Of a stretch of 64,000 bases of DNA, positions 15,063 through 33,829 are shown piece after piece. The stretch is from the human T2T-CHM13v2.0 reference genome, Homo sapiens. Both the position numbers and the translations under genes were made by a program. The stretch lies in assembly GCF_009914755.1 (NCBI RefSeq), contig NC_060930.1. One strand, written 5' to 3'. Under the pieces are notes generated by a model that saw only the letters and a list, made by a program, of their open reading frames with translations, did not search any database and was not told the DNA's origin. The first letter of the stretch is position 1. Each line of letters begins with the position of its first letter.

Positions 15063-15706
15063 AGAGTTAGGGAAGCAATTCATCCAGGTCAGATGTCATT
15101 GAGCACCCACTGACACTCTGACACTCAATTTGCTGCCTTCAGGGAGGCTGTTGCTGCCACTTGGAGGCCAAAACACAAAGTTTCTCCTTGAATCCAGTAA
15201 GAACGAGGTTTATGGGTGGGTTATTATCATTTACACTGGTGATACTAAGAGCAGGTGGGGGAGTTTTACATAAACTGCTCTCCACTTTTCAAATAATTAG
15301 AGTGATCATTTTTTACTGAGTATCAGATGAGAATTGTCAACAATCCCATACTAAAGTTCAGTAGAGGAAATGTATTAAGCACCAAAGTGCCTTTTAATGT
15401 GGAATTCATGAATCTGCTATTCTCACTACTTAGAAATTCCTTAATCAGGATTTTCTCTCTTGGGGGAAAGAAGGCCTCTGTTAATGTTACTTGCAATCCC
15501 AGGAATGATTTATTTTAAGACTATTTAAAAGAAGCATGACATTTATAATTTGAAAGTAGGCTAAATACTTGCATGCAATTTTTTTTTTCTGCTGAGATCA
15601 CAGATGCTGCCTTTTGTTTTTTTTTTTTTACAGCAAAGAATGCATTGAAAAATGGACAACCAATCAGACACCTAATACAAAATGGGACCTGATAGATCTA
15701 TTTAGA

Positions 15707-16259
15707 CCAGAATTTCCCATCCTTAGAACTCAGCTGGATAATTCTTTGTCGGGGGCTCTTCTGTACATTGTAGGCTATTTAGCAGCTTCCCTGCCTCTTC
15801 CCACTAGATCCCAGTAGCACTCCTGTATTAGTCCATTCTCACACTGCTATAAAGATACTACCGGAGACTGGGTAACTTATAAACAAAAGAGGTTTAATTG
15901 ACTCACAGCCCTGTATGGCTGCAGAAGCCTCAGGAAACTTACAATCACGGTGAAAGCCAAAGGGGAAGAAAGGCACGTCTTACATGGTGGTAACAGAGAG
16001 AGTGAGCGAGGCAGGAATTGCCAAACACTTTTAAACCACTGGATCTCATGAGAACTCACTATCATGAGAACAGCAATCATGATCCATCACCTCCCACTAG
16101 GTCCCTCCCTCGGCACATAGGGATTACAGTTCCAGATGAGATTTGGGGCAGTGGGGGGAAAGAGCCAAACCATATCAACTCCCTTGACTGTAACGAGCAA
16201 AAATGCCCCCAGACGCCAAATATTTTCTAGGGGGCAAAACCATCCGATGACAACCACTG
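15707..16259 (+). mobile_element. MER20 (hAT-Charlie) split by a MaLR LTR
   Basis: ctggataattctttgt..cattgtagg..cccactagat..cagtagcac, resuming ..ctagggggcaaaacc..aaccactg. Confidence 0.75.
15824..16177. mobile_element. MST/THE1 (MaLR) solo LTR
   Basis: tgtattagtccattctc..aaccatatca; perfect 5-bp TSD actcc. Confidence 0.9.
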
Positions 16260-16308
16260 ACTACATAAAGTTTTTGGGAGAGAAGAGGGGTTAGAAATAC
16301 TATCAGGT

Positions 16309-16597
16309 GGCTGGGGTGGTGGCTCACACCTGCAATCCCAGCACTTTGGGAGGCCAAGGCAGGCGGATCACGAGGTCAAGAAATCAAGACCATCCTGACC
16401 AACGTGGTGGAAACCCGTCTCTACTAAAAATACAAAAATTAGCTCGGCATGGTGGCGCACACCTGTAGTCCCAGCTACTCAGGAAGCTGAGGCAGGAGAA
16501 TTGCTTGAACCCAGGAGGTGGATGGTGCAGTGAGCCAAGATCGTCACTGCACTCCAGCCTGGCGACAGAGTGAGAACTCTGTCTGGAAAAAAAAAAA
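16309..16597 (+). mobile_element. AluSc-like
   Basis: Full dimer; TSD aaatactatcag/aaatacaatcag. Confidence 0.92.
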
Positions 16598-16762
16598 TAC
16601 AATCAGCCAGAGTATCTGAAATGGATTTCTAGTCATTAAAATAACATTTTAAATTATAGGAACAAAAAGATAGTGAGATTTGGCTAGAAAGTTAGGAGTT
16701 TCCAACCTAGGGTCTCTGTTAACACATCGCAACCTTATTTTGCAGGCTCCCAAAGGAGTAAC

Positions 16763-16899
16763 TGACTTATGTAAAATAAAGAAATAAATTATTCTTTTTA
16801 AGATACAGTGTCTTCTAGATTAAACCATCAACTAAATAATAATCAAAACTAAATTTCAGACTAAATAATGTTAAAGCTGGTCCAAGTTTTGCTTTTTGA
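16763..16899 (+). repeat. 137-bp dispersed direct repeat, copy 1
   Basis: Ungapped alignment to 17576-17712 with 10 mismatches. Confidence 0.92.
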
Positions 16900-16928
16900 A
16901 CATATTGCTGATAGAAATCAGAAAAATT

Positions 16929-17248
<320 letters not shown>

Positions 17249-17575
17249 TTAACTTCTTAGGTTTTCCCTCTAACCCCTTGAACTTGATGGCTAGTTTGGG
17301 CCTTTCTGAGTATATACCACTTGTAAAAATGTACAGCTGTGTTTCCTTTCGTGTTTTATAGATATAATAGATAAGATTATCTAGCCAAATGCTCTGGTAA
17401 ATCAAATATCTCTATCAGTTTTCTCTCCTTCCCTCTCTCCTCACCCCTCAACACATGCATGCACAAATTTTCTGAGCTTTATTAAGCTGGTTTTTATTTT
17501 CTCTATAACTATTAATTTTAACCTGTGGTCATTTTTAAAAATCAGGAATCCCTTTCTTCAAACAATGTTTTATGT

Positions 17576-17712
17576 TGACTTACGTGAAATAATGAAATAA
17601 ATTGTTCTTTTTAAGGTACACTGTCTTCTAGACTAAACCATGAACTAAATAATAATCAAATCTAAATTTCAGACTAAATAATGTTAAAGCTGGTCCAATT
17701 TTTGCTTTTTGA
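17576..17712 (+). repeat. 137-bp dispersed direct repeat, copy 2
   Basis: Ungapped alignment to 16763-16899. Confidence 0.92.
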
Positions 17713-18703
17713 TAGAAGCCCTGTTTTAGATAGAAGCCCAACTTGTGAAACAGGAGGATTCTTCCCCACCCCCAGAGGTATTCTTGAAGCAATTTGGAGC
17801 CACTGACATAGGAAAGGGAATTAAGCATGTTACTATAGACAACGTGAGGCATAATGATATAAACATTTTAAGGTTAAAATGATTACCTTTATATATAGCA
17901 GATTCTCAATTACCCTCAGGAAAAAAATGTATAGTTTTCAAAGACAGACATAGGCTAACATTATAAGGAGGAACAGCTCTCAGAGCTTTAAAAGAAAAAC
18001 TATTGCAGTAAGAATGCTGTTTATTGGACACAGCTGCTCTTCCCTTTAGTTCAATTAGAAGTCCTCAGTGAATGTCAGTTCTCTACTGTGAGAAGCCACC
18101 TCTCAATTTAAAACCTCTCTGCAACTACATTGAATTCCCATGTTGCTGGCTCATGGCCCACCTTACCTGTTTCTCAGCAGCTTCTCCCTCCAAGACAGCA
18201 CCACCTGTTCCATCAACCAGACCTCCACACTATGCTTTGGACATCTCTACAGATATTGCTCATGTCTGACGGGAATTCCCACCTCCTGGTCCCCATCAAG
18301 TCACTTGCTATGGGGTTTATTTTTTAATGTAGCCTCAAAACGTACCTGAAGTTTTTCCTGAGGATTTCTTACTGCCCCGCTTTAAGACCCCTTAGAATCT
18401 ATATACTGAGTTGACCTAAATCATTGCCTTGCCTTTGAATTCTCTTCGAGGTGTTTCAGTGAGTAGTTTAATCACAGGATTATACCTAGATGACAAATTT
18501 CTCAAAGATAAAACCCTATTTTCCCCTTTATTCCCTATGTTGTGTTCATAAGATACACAATAACTTTTCAAACGCTTGCTAAAGTAGAATTGCGTGTATA
18601 TATCTTAAAATAACAATGGTTATTATGCACCTAGATATAAGTAGGCCAGTCACGGAAATAACAGTTAATTCAGTTGGTAGAGTGTGATGATTAATATTAT
18701 GTG

Positions 18704-19076
18704 TGTATTAGTCCATTCTCATGCTGCTATGAAGAAATACCTGAGACTGGGTGATTTATAAAGGAAAGAGGTTTAATTGACTCACAGTTCCGCAGGGCTG
18801 GGAGGCCTCAAGAAGTTTATAATCATGGCAGAAGGAGAAGCAAACATATCCTTCCTCACACGGTGGCAGCAAGGAGAAGTGCGGAGCAAAGTGAGGGGGG
18901 AAAGCCCCTTATAAAACCATCAGCTCTCGTGAGAACTCACTATCACGAGAGCAGCATGGAAGTAACCGCCCCCATGCTTCAATTACCTCCCACCAGGTCC
19001 CTCCCACAACATGTGGGGATTATGGGAACTACAATTCAAGATGAGATTTGGGTGGGGACACAGACAAACCATATCA
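18704..19076. mobile_element. THE1 (MaLR) solo LTR
   Basis: tgtattagtccattctcatgctgct..gagatttgggtggggacacag..accatatca; TSD atgtg/ttgtg. Confidence 0.9.
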
Positions 19077-19171
19077 TTGTGTCAACCTGACAGGGCCACA
19101 GCGTGCCCAGATATTTGGGTGTTTCTGTAAGGATATTTTGGATGAGATTAACATTTAAATCAGTACACTGA

Positions 19172-19475
<304 letters not shown>

Positions 19476-19762
19476 TAAATCAGTACACTGAGGAAAGTAA
19501 ATTGCCATCCATAATGTGGGGGTTCTATTCAGTCAAAAATCTGAATAGCACAAAAAGCAGACCCTCCCCCAAGTAGGAGAGCATTCTCCTGCCTGACGGG
19601 CCTCTAAACTGGAACACCTGCTCTTCCTGCATCTGCAACAACCTGCAGACTTCAGCTTTGACTTGAGACAGCCTTAGCTTCCAAAGCCAGGAGAGGCTGC
19701 CTATATTATGGGGGAGAAGGACAGACAGGTCTGGGGACCACCCACCCACATAGCCATGGGGA

Positions 19763-19865
19763 CAGAGGTGGACCCAGGTTTTGAGGGTCCTGAGGCTTAG
19801 ACCATTGTGGAGGGGCAGGAGTGTGGGGGGATACTTTTTAAGAAAAAGAATATGAAATTACAAAA
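19763..19865 (+). mobile_element. MER53-like hAT fragment
   Basis: cagaggtggacccaggttttg..tgaggctta..tttaagaaaaagaat..aaatta. Confidence 0.55.
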
Positions 19866-20806
19866 TTCTGGTTCAATGCTTATCTACCTTTAAGAGTGTT
19901 GGGGGAGGGAGAGAAACAGAAGGGAGAATGAGGGATGCTGACAAATTTTGACAACTAACTTTTGAAATTATTTCCAGACTTAAATGAAGTGGCAGATGCC
20001 CTCCTAAAATAAAAACAAGTCACAAGTAAAAAAGATACATGCATTTTTACAAAGACACAAAAATGTCCTCAGTAAATAAAATATGGTTAGTAGATACAAA
20101 TAAAATGGCAGCTGCTTACAATCCTGGCACATTGTCAATTTCCAGTCAAATGAAAGCTGAAGATACATAACATGACTGCATCTAACACTGGAGAAGGGCA
20201 CTAAATTAGCTGCCTTCAAAGTTGCTCGAGCAAATATAACCATTCACACCAGGTGGGTGTTGATAAATGCAGGCCATGGGGTAGAGAATGAGGGTGTCTT
20301 GTTTTTAATGCTTGCAATCAAGAGAATGGGTTACGTTTCCAGAAAGTCTCCTGGCTAATACATTTTATGTTTATATAAATAAAAGACAGATTTAAAGTTT
20401 GGTTTACCTGAGACTGGGAGTTAATTTTGGTTAAAACTGATTGTACTTCCTCAAGAAGCAGCAAGCTTATGTCCAAATTTCTTCTGGGTGTCACACAGGT
20501 TACTTAACACAGGTGGGAGAATAGCTATTTTGTTCTCTGCTACAGTCCTATAGCTTCTTAGAGATTCCACTTCTTCATTTTGATCCTTGAAATCTTAACT
20601 TATGGCTGAAGGATTCACAACTACTAAAGCCACTCATGGCTCTTACCCCTATTCCTTTCAAAGATGAGGTATTCTGGGGCAGATAAAAATGACAACATGA
20701 CTTATTCAAGGGGACCTAGTGTCGCTGCCAATGCTGCTAAACTAGCACAGACTGAAGGTTACAGGACCCTTATTTCATCTGCTATTGACCAGCACAACTA
20801 TAATTA

Positions 20807-21149
<343 letters not shown>

Positions 21150-21476
21150 GCACAAGTAAGTCCTGCTCCCTCCCCCTCCACAAAGAATAAGCATTATATT
21201 GGGAAAAGTGATACCATTGAAGAGTGACACTTTTCCCTTTATTATACACCTTATTAGGATGAACCTAAACTATGGAAGGTTGGCCTTGCTTCTGTATTCA
21301 GTACCCACTATGAGGCGTTCTTTCAATTGATTCCCCATTGCATTGCAGAGCCTAGGTGAAAAAACACGCAGAGCTGGAGTCCAAGGAATGAGAAGGAATA
21401 TACAAATGAAAATTATGACAGTGATTACAGGCCACCAGAAATAGGAACCCTGGCTTCCATTAGAACCTCCCCTCTC

Positions 21477-22121
<645 letters not shown>

Positions 22122-22239
22122 TTATCTACTACAATCAATCTTTCTGCAGCCTTGGAATAATGTGCATGGTGGGCTTGTAAAGTAATGCACTTGTTCAACA
22201 TGCCCCAGATTTGGTGTGTGTGTGAGAGAGAGAGTGTGT

Positions 22240-22858
22240 CCATAAGCTATAAATTGTCATTTATAGCATTTATGCTCTACAAAGTCTCTGCAAACACTGA
22301 ATTAGTGAATAATAAAGCATTGCTCCTAAGTTCCTGCAAGTCTCTGGTCACAATGTCTGTTAACCAATCAACATATAACCTTGTTTTATGTGTGTATCTG
22401 TTTAAAGACACCTTATGTAATATATATCGCTGATACATTACCATTGAACTCACAGCCAGCAGCACTATACCTCCTAACTGATTGAAGTTAACACATGCAA
22501 TTTCTCTGTAAGGTACCTCACAGCCTTTGTGGGCTTTCTAACACTAGGCAGCTCTTCAGCACTATGCTTGGGGCTATTTTAAACATTGAGGTCACCAAAA
22601 AGCACAAAAATGCGGAAAATGTCGCACAAAATAGACATGTGTTTACATATGAGACCTAAAGCAAGAAGACAAGAGTGTCACCTTGTTTGACTTCAGCTGG
22701 GAAAAGGCACAATGAGCATCTCAAATCCGTTACTGCTCTGCACATGTCCGTGAAGGACAACAAAAGCATGCAAGTGTTGATTTGGAGGTTACAAATAAAT
22801 TTTTGTGAGTAGGCAAGTACACAATTACAGTATTGCAAAGTATGAGTATCAACTACAT
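22240..22858 (-). mobile_element. MER82-like (TcMar-Tigger) DNA element
   Basis: Reverse complement of ..ttgcctactcacaaaaatttatttgtaacctccaaatcaacac..ggacatgtgcagagcag..cccagctgaagtcaaacaaggtgac. Confidence 0.7.
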
Positions 22859-23158
22859 ATATATAAATATATAAAATCAGTGTCATCACTTGATAGTCAC
22901 ATTATGATTCAATCCATATTTTTGGATGCCTACTATTGGCTGCAGGGTTCTATGGTAGATGCTTAAAGGGTACAAAAAATAGAATTCACAATAGCTTTCC
23001 TCAAGGAATGCACAGATTATCAGGGGGTCAAAGCATTTGTATAAAACGATAACAAGTAAAGCCAGGAGAAAGCTAACATTGACTAGATTCATGAAGATAA
23101 TGTATGTTTTATACAAAAGTACAGTTTTATACAGTAAACGTTTTATAAAAGTTCTTAA

Positions 23159-23497
<339 letters not shown>

Positions 23498-23587
23498 TAG
23501 TTTTATAAAAGTTACAGTTTACTCCCATTATAGCTATTTCATGAATTGTTTTACATAGACTTTGGAAGGAGAAAAAAGAATTTAGAT

Positions 23588-23933
23588 CTGCACTGTCCAA
23601 TTATGATAGACATTAGCCACCTGTGGCTATTAAAATTAAAGCCTGGCTCTATGGCTCACTTCTATAACCATAACCAAGGTAGGAGGATCCCTTGAGCCCA
23701 GGAGTGTGAGACTGCGGTAAGCGATGATTGTACCACTGCACTCCAGCCTGGACACAAGAGCAAGACCCTGTCTATAAACAAACAAAAAATTAAAATTAAA
23801 ATGAATTAACCTAAAAGTTCAGTTCCGCTAGTCACATTTCAAGTGCTTCATAGTGACATGTGGCTGGTGGTCACTGTATTGGGCTGTGTAGATATATTTC
23901 CATCAACCCAGGAAGTTCTATTGGACAGTACTG
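23588..23933. mobile_element. MER3-like hAT element interrupted by an Alu monomer (23641-23789)
   Basis: TIRs ctgcactgtccaat/attggacagtactg; monomer flanked by attaaaattaaa. Confidence 0.72.
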
Positions 23934-25173
23934 ACTGAAATTCTATAATTTGTATGTATCAAAACCAATTAGGAAACAATCTTAAGTGCCAAAATGTTTC
24001 CCATTGGGAATTATTAAAACTATAAATTACACGGACTATTTTACGTTTTACCTTACACACTTGAAAAGGGGAATTTCAAGCTCACCACTTCCCACCCACC
24101 AGCAATATAGACAGCAACAGTCCAGAAACACCATGAACTTTCCACAAGGTCCTCAGACATGACAAATAAACAGAAATCTCCTGACACTGTGTGCTCAGTG
24201 AGGGTTCATTACACATCAAAAACAAACATACTCCGTTTTTCTGACTGCTTCTCTATCATTGGTGTTAGTTAATTCTCTCAGAGGCAGTAAACGTTTACGT
24301 GTACTCTATGAGCCCTGGAGAATGAATCCGAAGACAAGACTGTCTGATGATCAGATTTATCACAATGTCATTGATCACTTATTATGTAAACTGTATATCA
24401 CAAGGATCAAGAACTTGGGCTTGAACTGTGCTCCCACTCACTTCTATGGAGCTGCCCAAGTGCCCCAGAAATTTCCAGACACCATCCCACCTACTCTGGA
24501 GCTCCGAACCTTGGGTAGCTTCTCCAGCTTAAGTTCCCTTTGCTATCAGCTGTACATACAGCAGCCAATTTGTGAGGAACTGGGGATGGCGAGGGTGAGT
24601 CTCCACAAAGCCCACAGTGCTCAGGCCCTGACCAGGAACTAACGCACAGGTCTACTGTTTTTTCAGATCCTCAAATAGAAAAAGGTATTCCACAATATGT
24701 CAATTTCGATCTCACCCTTTCATTGCCAAATTCTCTTCTCACTCCCACCCCGGGGAATGAAACCACTCCAGAAGTAGACACACTTTGGAAGGCTGTCTTG
24801 CACTTGGACCTGTAGCTCTTAAGCTTGGAATATTAAGAACTTGCTATCTTTGTCCCCAAGTACAGTTCTGATAACTTCCCCAAATCTCCCACCCAATTTG
24901 AGGTATAGTCAAACGAAGAAGAAAAAAACATGCAGGTTGATATCTCAAATTTATGACACCACCACAGACATCAACCTGTAGAGCCAGTCAGTGCTTCTTT
25001 AAACATTCAGATTAGTGACCAGTCTTACTTGAAGTAGTATATCACGTTGTTCCAATACCTGAAAAGTAGTTTATCAGGTTGTTCCAATACCTGAACAGTT
25101 TTCTATCCCATTATGATTAGCAGCCTAAAGGATATAAGGAAGTAACTAACTTGAAGCTAAAAAGGTAGATTTG

Positions 25174-25444
25174 GGCTGGGCACAGTGGCTTACGCCTGTA
25201 ATCCCAACACTTGGGAAGACTGAGGTGGGCAATCACTTTGAGCTCAGGAGTTCAAGACCAGCCTGGGCAACATGGCAAAACCACGTCTCTACAAAAATAC
25301 AAAAATTAGCCAGGCATAGACGTGCCCACCTGTAGTCCCAGATGGAGACTCACTTGAGCCTGGGAAAGCGGAGGTTGAGATGAGCTGAGATCGTACTGTA
25401 CTCCAGTCTGGGTGACAAAATGAGGCCCTGTCTCAAAAAAAAAA
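25174..25444 (+). mobile_element. AluJ with right-arm deletion
   Basis: gtccca joined to gatggag; TSD aaaaa(g/a)gtagatttg. Confidence 0.9.
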
Positions 25445-25568
25445 GTAGATTTGATCAGATCAACAAGATTAATATACTTTGGCTTTGGCTTACAAAATGG
25501 GCACATCTCTCATGCCCTGGTGTACAGTATATCTCTTTAAAAAATTTTTTTACTTAATTTAGTCCTGA

Positions 25569-25905
<337 letters not shown>

Positions 25906-26354
25906 AACTTTTTTCTTAAGCTTCATCATCCAAGAGATGCTGCCAAACTCTGATAGATTTAGTTTGAAGAAAGACATAATACGGATTCTATATGTGATTA
26001 AAGCACATTAAGTAGGAGCTCAGGGAACCTACCTTCACTAGTAACTAAGTTCAACATAGTGCCCTCACCACACATATTCTTCAAAAGAAAGGACAAATAA
26101 AATTTTTTAAATTAAGTCCCAATTGTAAACTTTTCTGAATATGCAATTTCTTATCAGCTATGCACAATTTTTTTGAGCACAACTAACTTTCGTAACTGAA
26201 CACAGTTGCATCATTGCCTGCCCTCACCTAGGACATAAAAAGTGATTTTCATTCAAAACGTAAGATAGCAGATTGAGTAGGAAATTTGAAATTTGAAATA
26301 TAATAGTAGCAACATTTTTATTTTATTGGTTACTGGTAAGAAACTCCAAGAACT

Positions 26355-26778
<424 letters not shown>

Positions 26779-26853
26779 TCACTCATTTGTGAGTTACAGA
26801 TGGGCAGAGTTCACATAGGTGACAATATTGCCAAAGGAAGATGCTGTCTTACT

Positions 26854-26856
<3 letters not shown>

Positions 26857-26903
<47 letters not shown>
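26857..26903. repeat. (GT)n microsatellite
   Basis: About 23 perfect GT units. Confidence 0.97.
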
Positions 26904-26905
<2 letters not shown>

Positions 26906-27872
26906 CTTCAGCAGCCAGCCTAGAAGGATATTTTCTTATACTTCTTGGTCTCTTGGCCTCTGACTATTTAGCATTGGTTTGCAGTTTTCCAGCCTCTGAG
27001 CCTGCAGTGCTCACTGTGTGAGGAAGCTGTCACTCAGATGTGCATGCGCTTCTTCCTCACAGGCTGCTGTGGACACGTATCATTTCTATTTCTGTGTCAC
27101 TGAGTCTGTTTATACCTGGCATCCTTTAGAGTAGGATTTTAATGATTTTCTGTTAAAGAATTTGTAAAACATTATAGTTACAAAACATGCACATTAGGGG
27201 GTGATTATATAAAAGCATTCATCTTAGATCATTCAAATAACCAGTACATACTATATTTTCCTTAAAGCATTCACCTAGCGCACACACTCACAGCATTTTT
27301 TCACCCCCTCTGTATGACAAAATTGCTTTTAGTAAAAATAGAAAATGAAACAAATAGTAATAGGCAAAATAAATGCAGACAGTTAGACTCTTATTGAATT
27401 TTATATCTATAACTATGCCAGTAAAAATTAAAAAGAAGTGATTTTAATAAAGCCAAAACATCTACAAAAGTTAAAATTTCAGTGACTTCTAAATAATACC
27501 ACTGATATTATAGTGTTTTCTTTTCTTGAATGTTGCACCTTGCAGCTAGCACAGTTTCACTGTTTTTAATCTAAACACAAATAAAAGCAAAGTGGTCACA
27601 ATAAAATGAAGAATAGACATTAACTCAAGTTCTGTTTCTTCATCGTTATTATCTCTAAACTATCATGTTTATTTCAAATCTAGAATTTAAATGCGGTATA
27701 TGTAGTTTCCCAGGGGTCGGAGACACTCAATTTGTCAGAAGGGAGCTTGAACTCTACACTGTTATGAGCTTATGCTAGAAACAAACACATATAGCTAAAT
27801 TCACATGTGTTGGGAGCCAACTGGATAATTGAGAATTTTCTGAATTAACTACCAACGAGAATACTCGTTGGT

Positions 27873-28083
<211 letters not shown>

Positions 28084-28532
28084 TAAATATATGTAAATTT
28101 GGAGATAACATACATATTATTAAAACTTAGTAGTGGCCATAAAAATTGTTTGGAACTTAAACCAACAACAGATTTTCTTTAAGGAATATTTTATCATGGA
28201 CATTTTTTAGAAATGCTAGCTCATGGTAATAATAAAAAGTGGTTGACTTGCAGTCAGTTTTCTTATGGTTTTTCAATCCTTTATAGACAACGCATCTCTG
28301 TATTGCTGCACAGAGGGCTGACCGCTCCTAGCTCACTGCTGGTACACCACTAAGTTCTACTGATGGATTTAATGCAATAGAAGGTTGCAGAAACTCAATT
28401 TGCATGCAAGTTTTAAAATAGAATAGATTCTCAATGGTCTATCCAGGTCTCCACTGGACTTTAGACAGTTTCATTTAAAGATATAATGTATTAGGATTAA
28501 CCCAACAAGTCCAATACTAAAATTCGACTTTA

Positions 28533-28900
<368 letters not shown>

Positions 28901-29446
28901 TCAATAGAGGAAATGTTAAATAATGTGTAACTATTCTATACAGCCAATTAAAAGGATTGAGATATATATATTTACATAGAAATCTCTGCAAGTTATATTG
29001 TGAAGGGAAAATAAATTATATTTTATAAAAAACAAATTATATAGACTTTCATCTCATCCATGTAAAAAACTTTAAAAAGGTGTGTGTATATGTGCATTAT
29101 CATATAAGTAGATGATGCTTGTCAACTTAGAGATTACCACCACCTGTGGGGGTGGGGTTAATGAAGACGAATGTCGACGTTTTGTTCTATAAATGTCTCT
29201 ATTGCTTGAATTGTTACATTGAGAATATATTACATTAATATATATACACATTAATAAATACATTATATATTACTATACATTATATATACAGTATATATTA
29301 ATATACATTAATATATTACATAATTTGAAAAAAGCAACATAAATGGGGAACATAAATTATAAAATATATAGTGTGCTATTCTACATAATGTCTGTGTTTT
29401 GAAATTCTTTGTTTAAAAATTTATAATTGTTCAAAAAAATTTTTAA

Positions 29447-29775
29447 GGCCAGGAATGGTGTCTCATGCCTGCAATCCCAGCCTTCAAGAGGCCTAGGCGG
29501 GAAGATAGTCATTTGAGGCCAGAAGTTCCAGAACAGCCTACACAACATGGCAAGACCCCCATCTCTACAAAATAAAATATATATATTAGCTGCGCATCAC
29601 CAGCCTCCCAGGTAGCTGTAGTAGCTGTAGTCCCAGCTACCTGGGAGGCTGAGGCGGGAGGATCGCTTGAGCCCAGGAAGTCAAGGCTGCAGTGAGCTAT
29701 GATCCCACCACTGTACTCCAGCCTGGGCAACAGAGTGAGACCCTACCTCAAAAATTTTTAAAAATAAAATTAAAA
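29447..29775 (+). mobile_element. AluJ containing an internal inverted duplication
   Basis: AluJ dimer; 29601-29618 is the reverse complement of 29634-29651. Confidence 0.9.
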
Positions 29776-30144
29776 TTTTAAATGAAAAATAAAGATATAT
29801 AAGGGATCTTGATTGGCACTTATTCCATTTTAAGAAGTTGGGTACTAATTTGCAATTTAACTAGTTTTCCATGATAACTTATTTATGATACTTCTTTCAT
29901 TCCATAATTTCTCTAACCACTTTTAGAAACTATTAATATTTTCATCAAAGCCCACATTAGGGGCTTATAAGTACCACAACTTTAATAGCTGCTGTTTATT
30001 ATCTCTATATATTTCTCTCTTCAAACTTTGTTCTTTCAAGTATTACGGGCCAGCTCCTGGGTTCTAGATGCCAAGATTTGGTTATATGATTTTGGTCAAA
30101 TTTCAGGAGTATATTCAGAGAACTTCAATGAAACCATGTTAGTT

Positions 30145-30772
<628 letters not shown>

Positions 30773-31194
30773 GAAACCACGTTAGTTGTTCTGTCATTTT
30801 TAGTTAATTTTTTCATTCTCACCTTATGTTGCTAATTCGACATAAAACTAATTTGAGAAAGGATAAAATAAGCTTCAAGCTATAACTGAAGCTTTATTTG
30901 CAAATAGTAAGCCAACATATCCAATAGTTCAGACGCTGTGACAATGTATCAGGATTCTAGGATCACCAGGCTGCCTTCACTTTGCATCTGAAACCCGGAG
31001 TGAGTGAACAGCAGCAGGGCCCTCCACTGAGAACACAAACACACCTGTGCTTCCTATTTATAGTCACCTGCTGACTAATAATACCCCCACAATGACTTTC
31101 CCGTCAAACTTCTTTACTGTAATGTTTTAACCTATGAAATTCCCACTGTAACATAAATGTGTTTATCCCAATCTGTCTGTAACTGGGTGTAAAC

Positions 31195-31403
31195 TGGGAG
31201 GTGCTGGAACCAGTTCGCATCAGCTTGCAAGAGCTGGGTAGCATCTCTTCCCAAAGTATGTTCAATGATGTTACACTTTTGGTTTAAAATCAGCATGGTA
31301 AAAATATTTACACCACAGAAAATGGCAAACGCTACAAATCAGGGCTTCCTAGACCCCACCTCCACCAGAGCTGAGCTTTAAACATTGACCGGCACAGCAC
31401 TGG
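31195..31403 (+). mobile_element. MER63-like (hAT-Blackjack)
   Basis: gtgctggaaccagttcgcatcagcttgcaagagc..tttacaccacagaaaatggcaaacgctacaaatcagggct..ccggcacagcactg. Confidence 0.7.
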
Positions 31404-31685
31404 ATACATACATCTGTTATTGCTTAACACAAGAAACTTCATCCACACTCCTTCCTGTTCTAGATTGAGTGCACCTGGTGAAAACCACAAGGATGCTTGT
31501 CCATGAAGATTTAAAGGTACAGAGTTCACTTAGAGATTAGCAACGGGGACATATTCTATATCCTCACCCCATAAGGTATGCAGGAGGAGAAATTATGCCA
31601 AAGTATGCTAGAATCCATGTAACTGCTTTCAGTGTCCAGGATAAGAAATCAAACATCCTCTGAGCTATGACTGTGTCTTAGTCAG

Positions 31686-32362
<677 letters not shown>

Positions 32363-32373
32363 CTCCACCCCCT
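32363..32373 (-). promoter_or_regulatory. Polypurine tract of the provirus
   Basis: Minus strand AGGGGGTGGAG abutting TGTAAGG of the 3' LTR. Confidence 0.75.
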
Positions 32374-33019
32374 AGGCTGAGCGAGACATAGGCTTTGGAC
32401 ACACAGGTCTGACATATAGGCCTTACATTCCACCCTGTAGGCCAAGGGAGTTCTAGTGGGAGACATGCCTGCAGGGCAGAACCCTGGATCCAGAGGCCAC
32501 AGCAGTACTACAGGGAGCAACAACTCCAGGTTATGGCGGGCAACCACCCCAAGGTGACGTTACCCCAATGCTGCTTTATACATTAAGCCAGGTTTTTATT
32601 TTCCTACCTTTAGGGGCATTGGGGCAGGCAACAACAGGTTACCTTTTGTCCCCACACGTGGTTGGAGAAGGTCATCCTTCCTCCTTCAGGTCTTTCCCTA
32701 TGGCTTGGCCCCACATGGAATGGTGACTAACTAGCTACTTCTGTAACTTGCAGGTAGTTAACCACAAGGTTAAGCCTCAATAAACTGCCCAGCTATTGGT
32801 GCAGATTACCATAGGTGTCACCACCTTGGTCATCACCATTCACACTGCCCTGAGTTCAGCCCATTAGCTACTTTGTCCATACCCGGTTTCAAACCATATG
32901 GTGCCAGTACTAGGTTGGACTGCAACAGCAGTCCAAGCAGCAGTAGCACCTTGGCTAGACCCATGACTAGGGGTGCCTCAGGTCCCATGGCCTTCTCTTG
33001 CATTAAGATTACAGATCCC

Positions 33020-33772
<753 letters not shown>

Positions 33773-33829
33773 CTATTGAGTAAGTCATCAGCATGATGAC
33801 TATAGCTCATCTTGCCACACTCTCATGAG

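Noticed and set aside
18659-18696. Functional tRNA gene
   Set aside because: Only an A-box-like 5' half; no anticodon arm, T arm or acceptor stem
25032-25107. Repeats of about 32 bp resembling a CRISPR repeat
   Set aside because: Only about 2 adjacent units with no unique spacers, in human DNA with no cas genes
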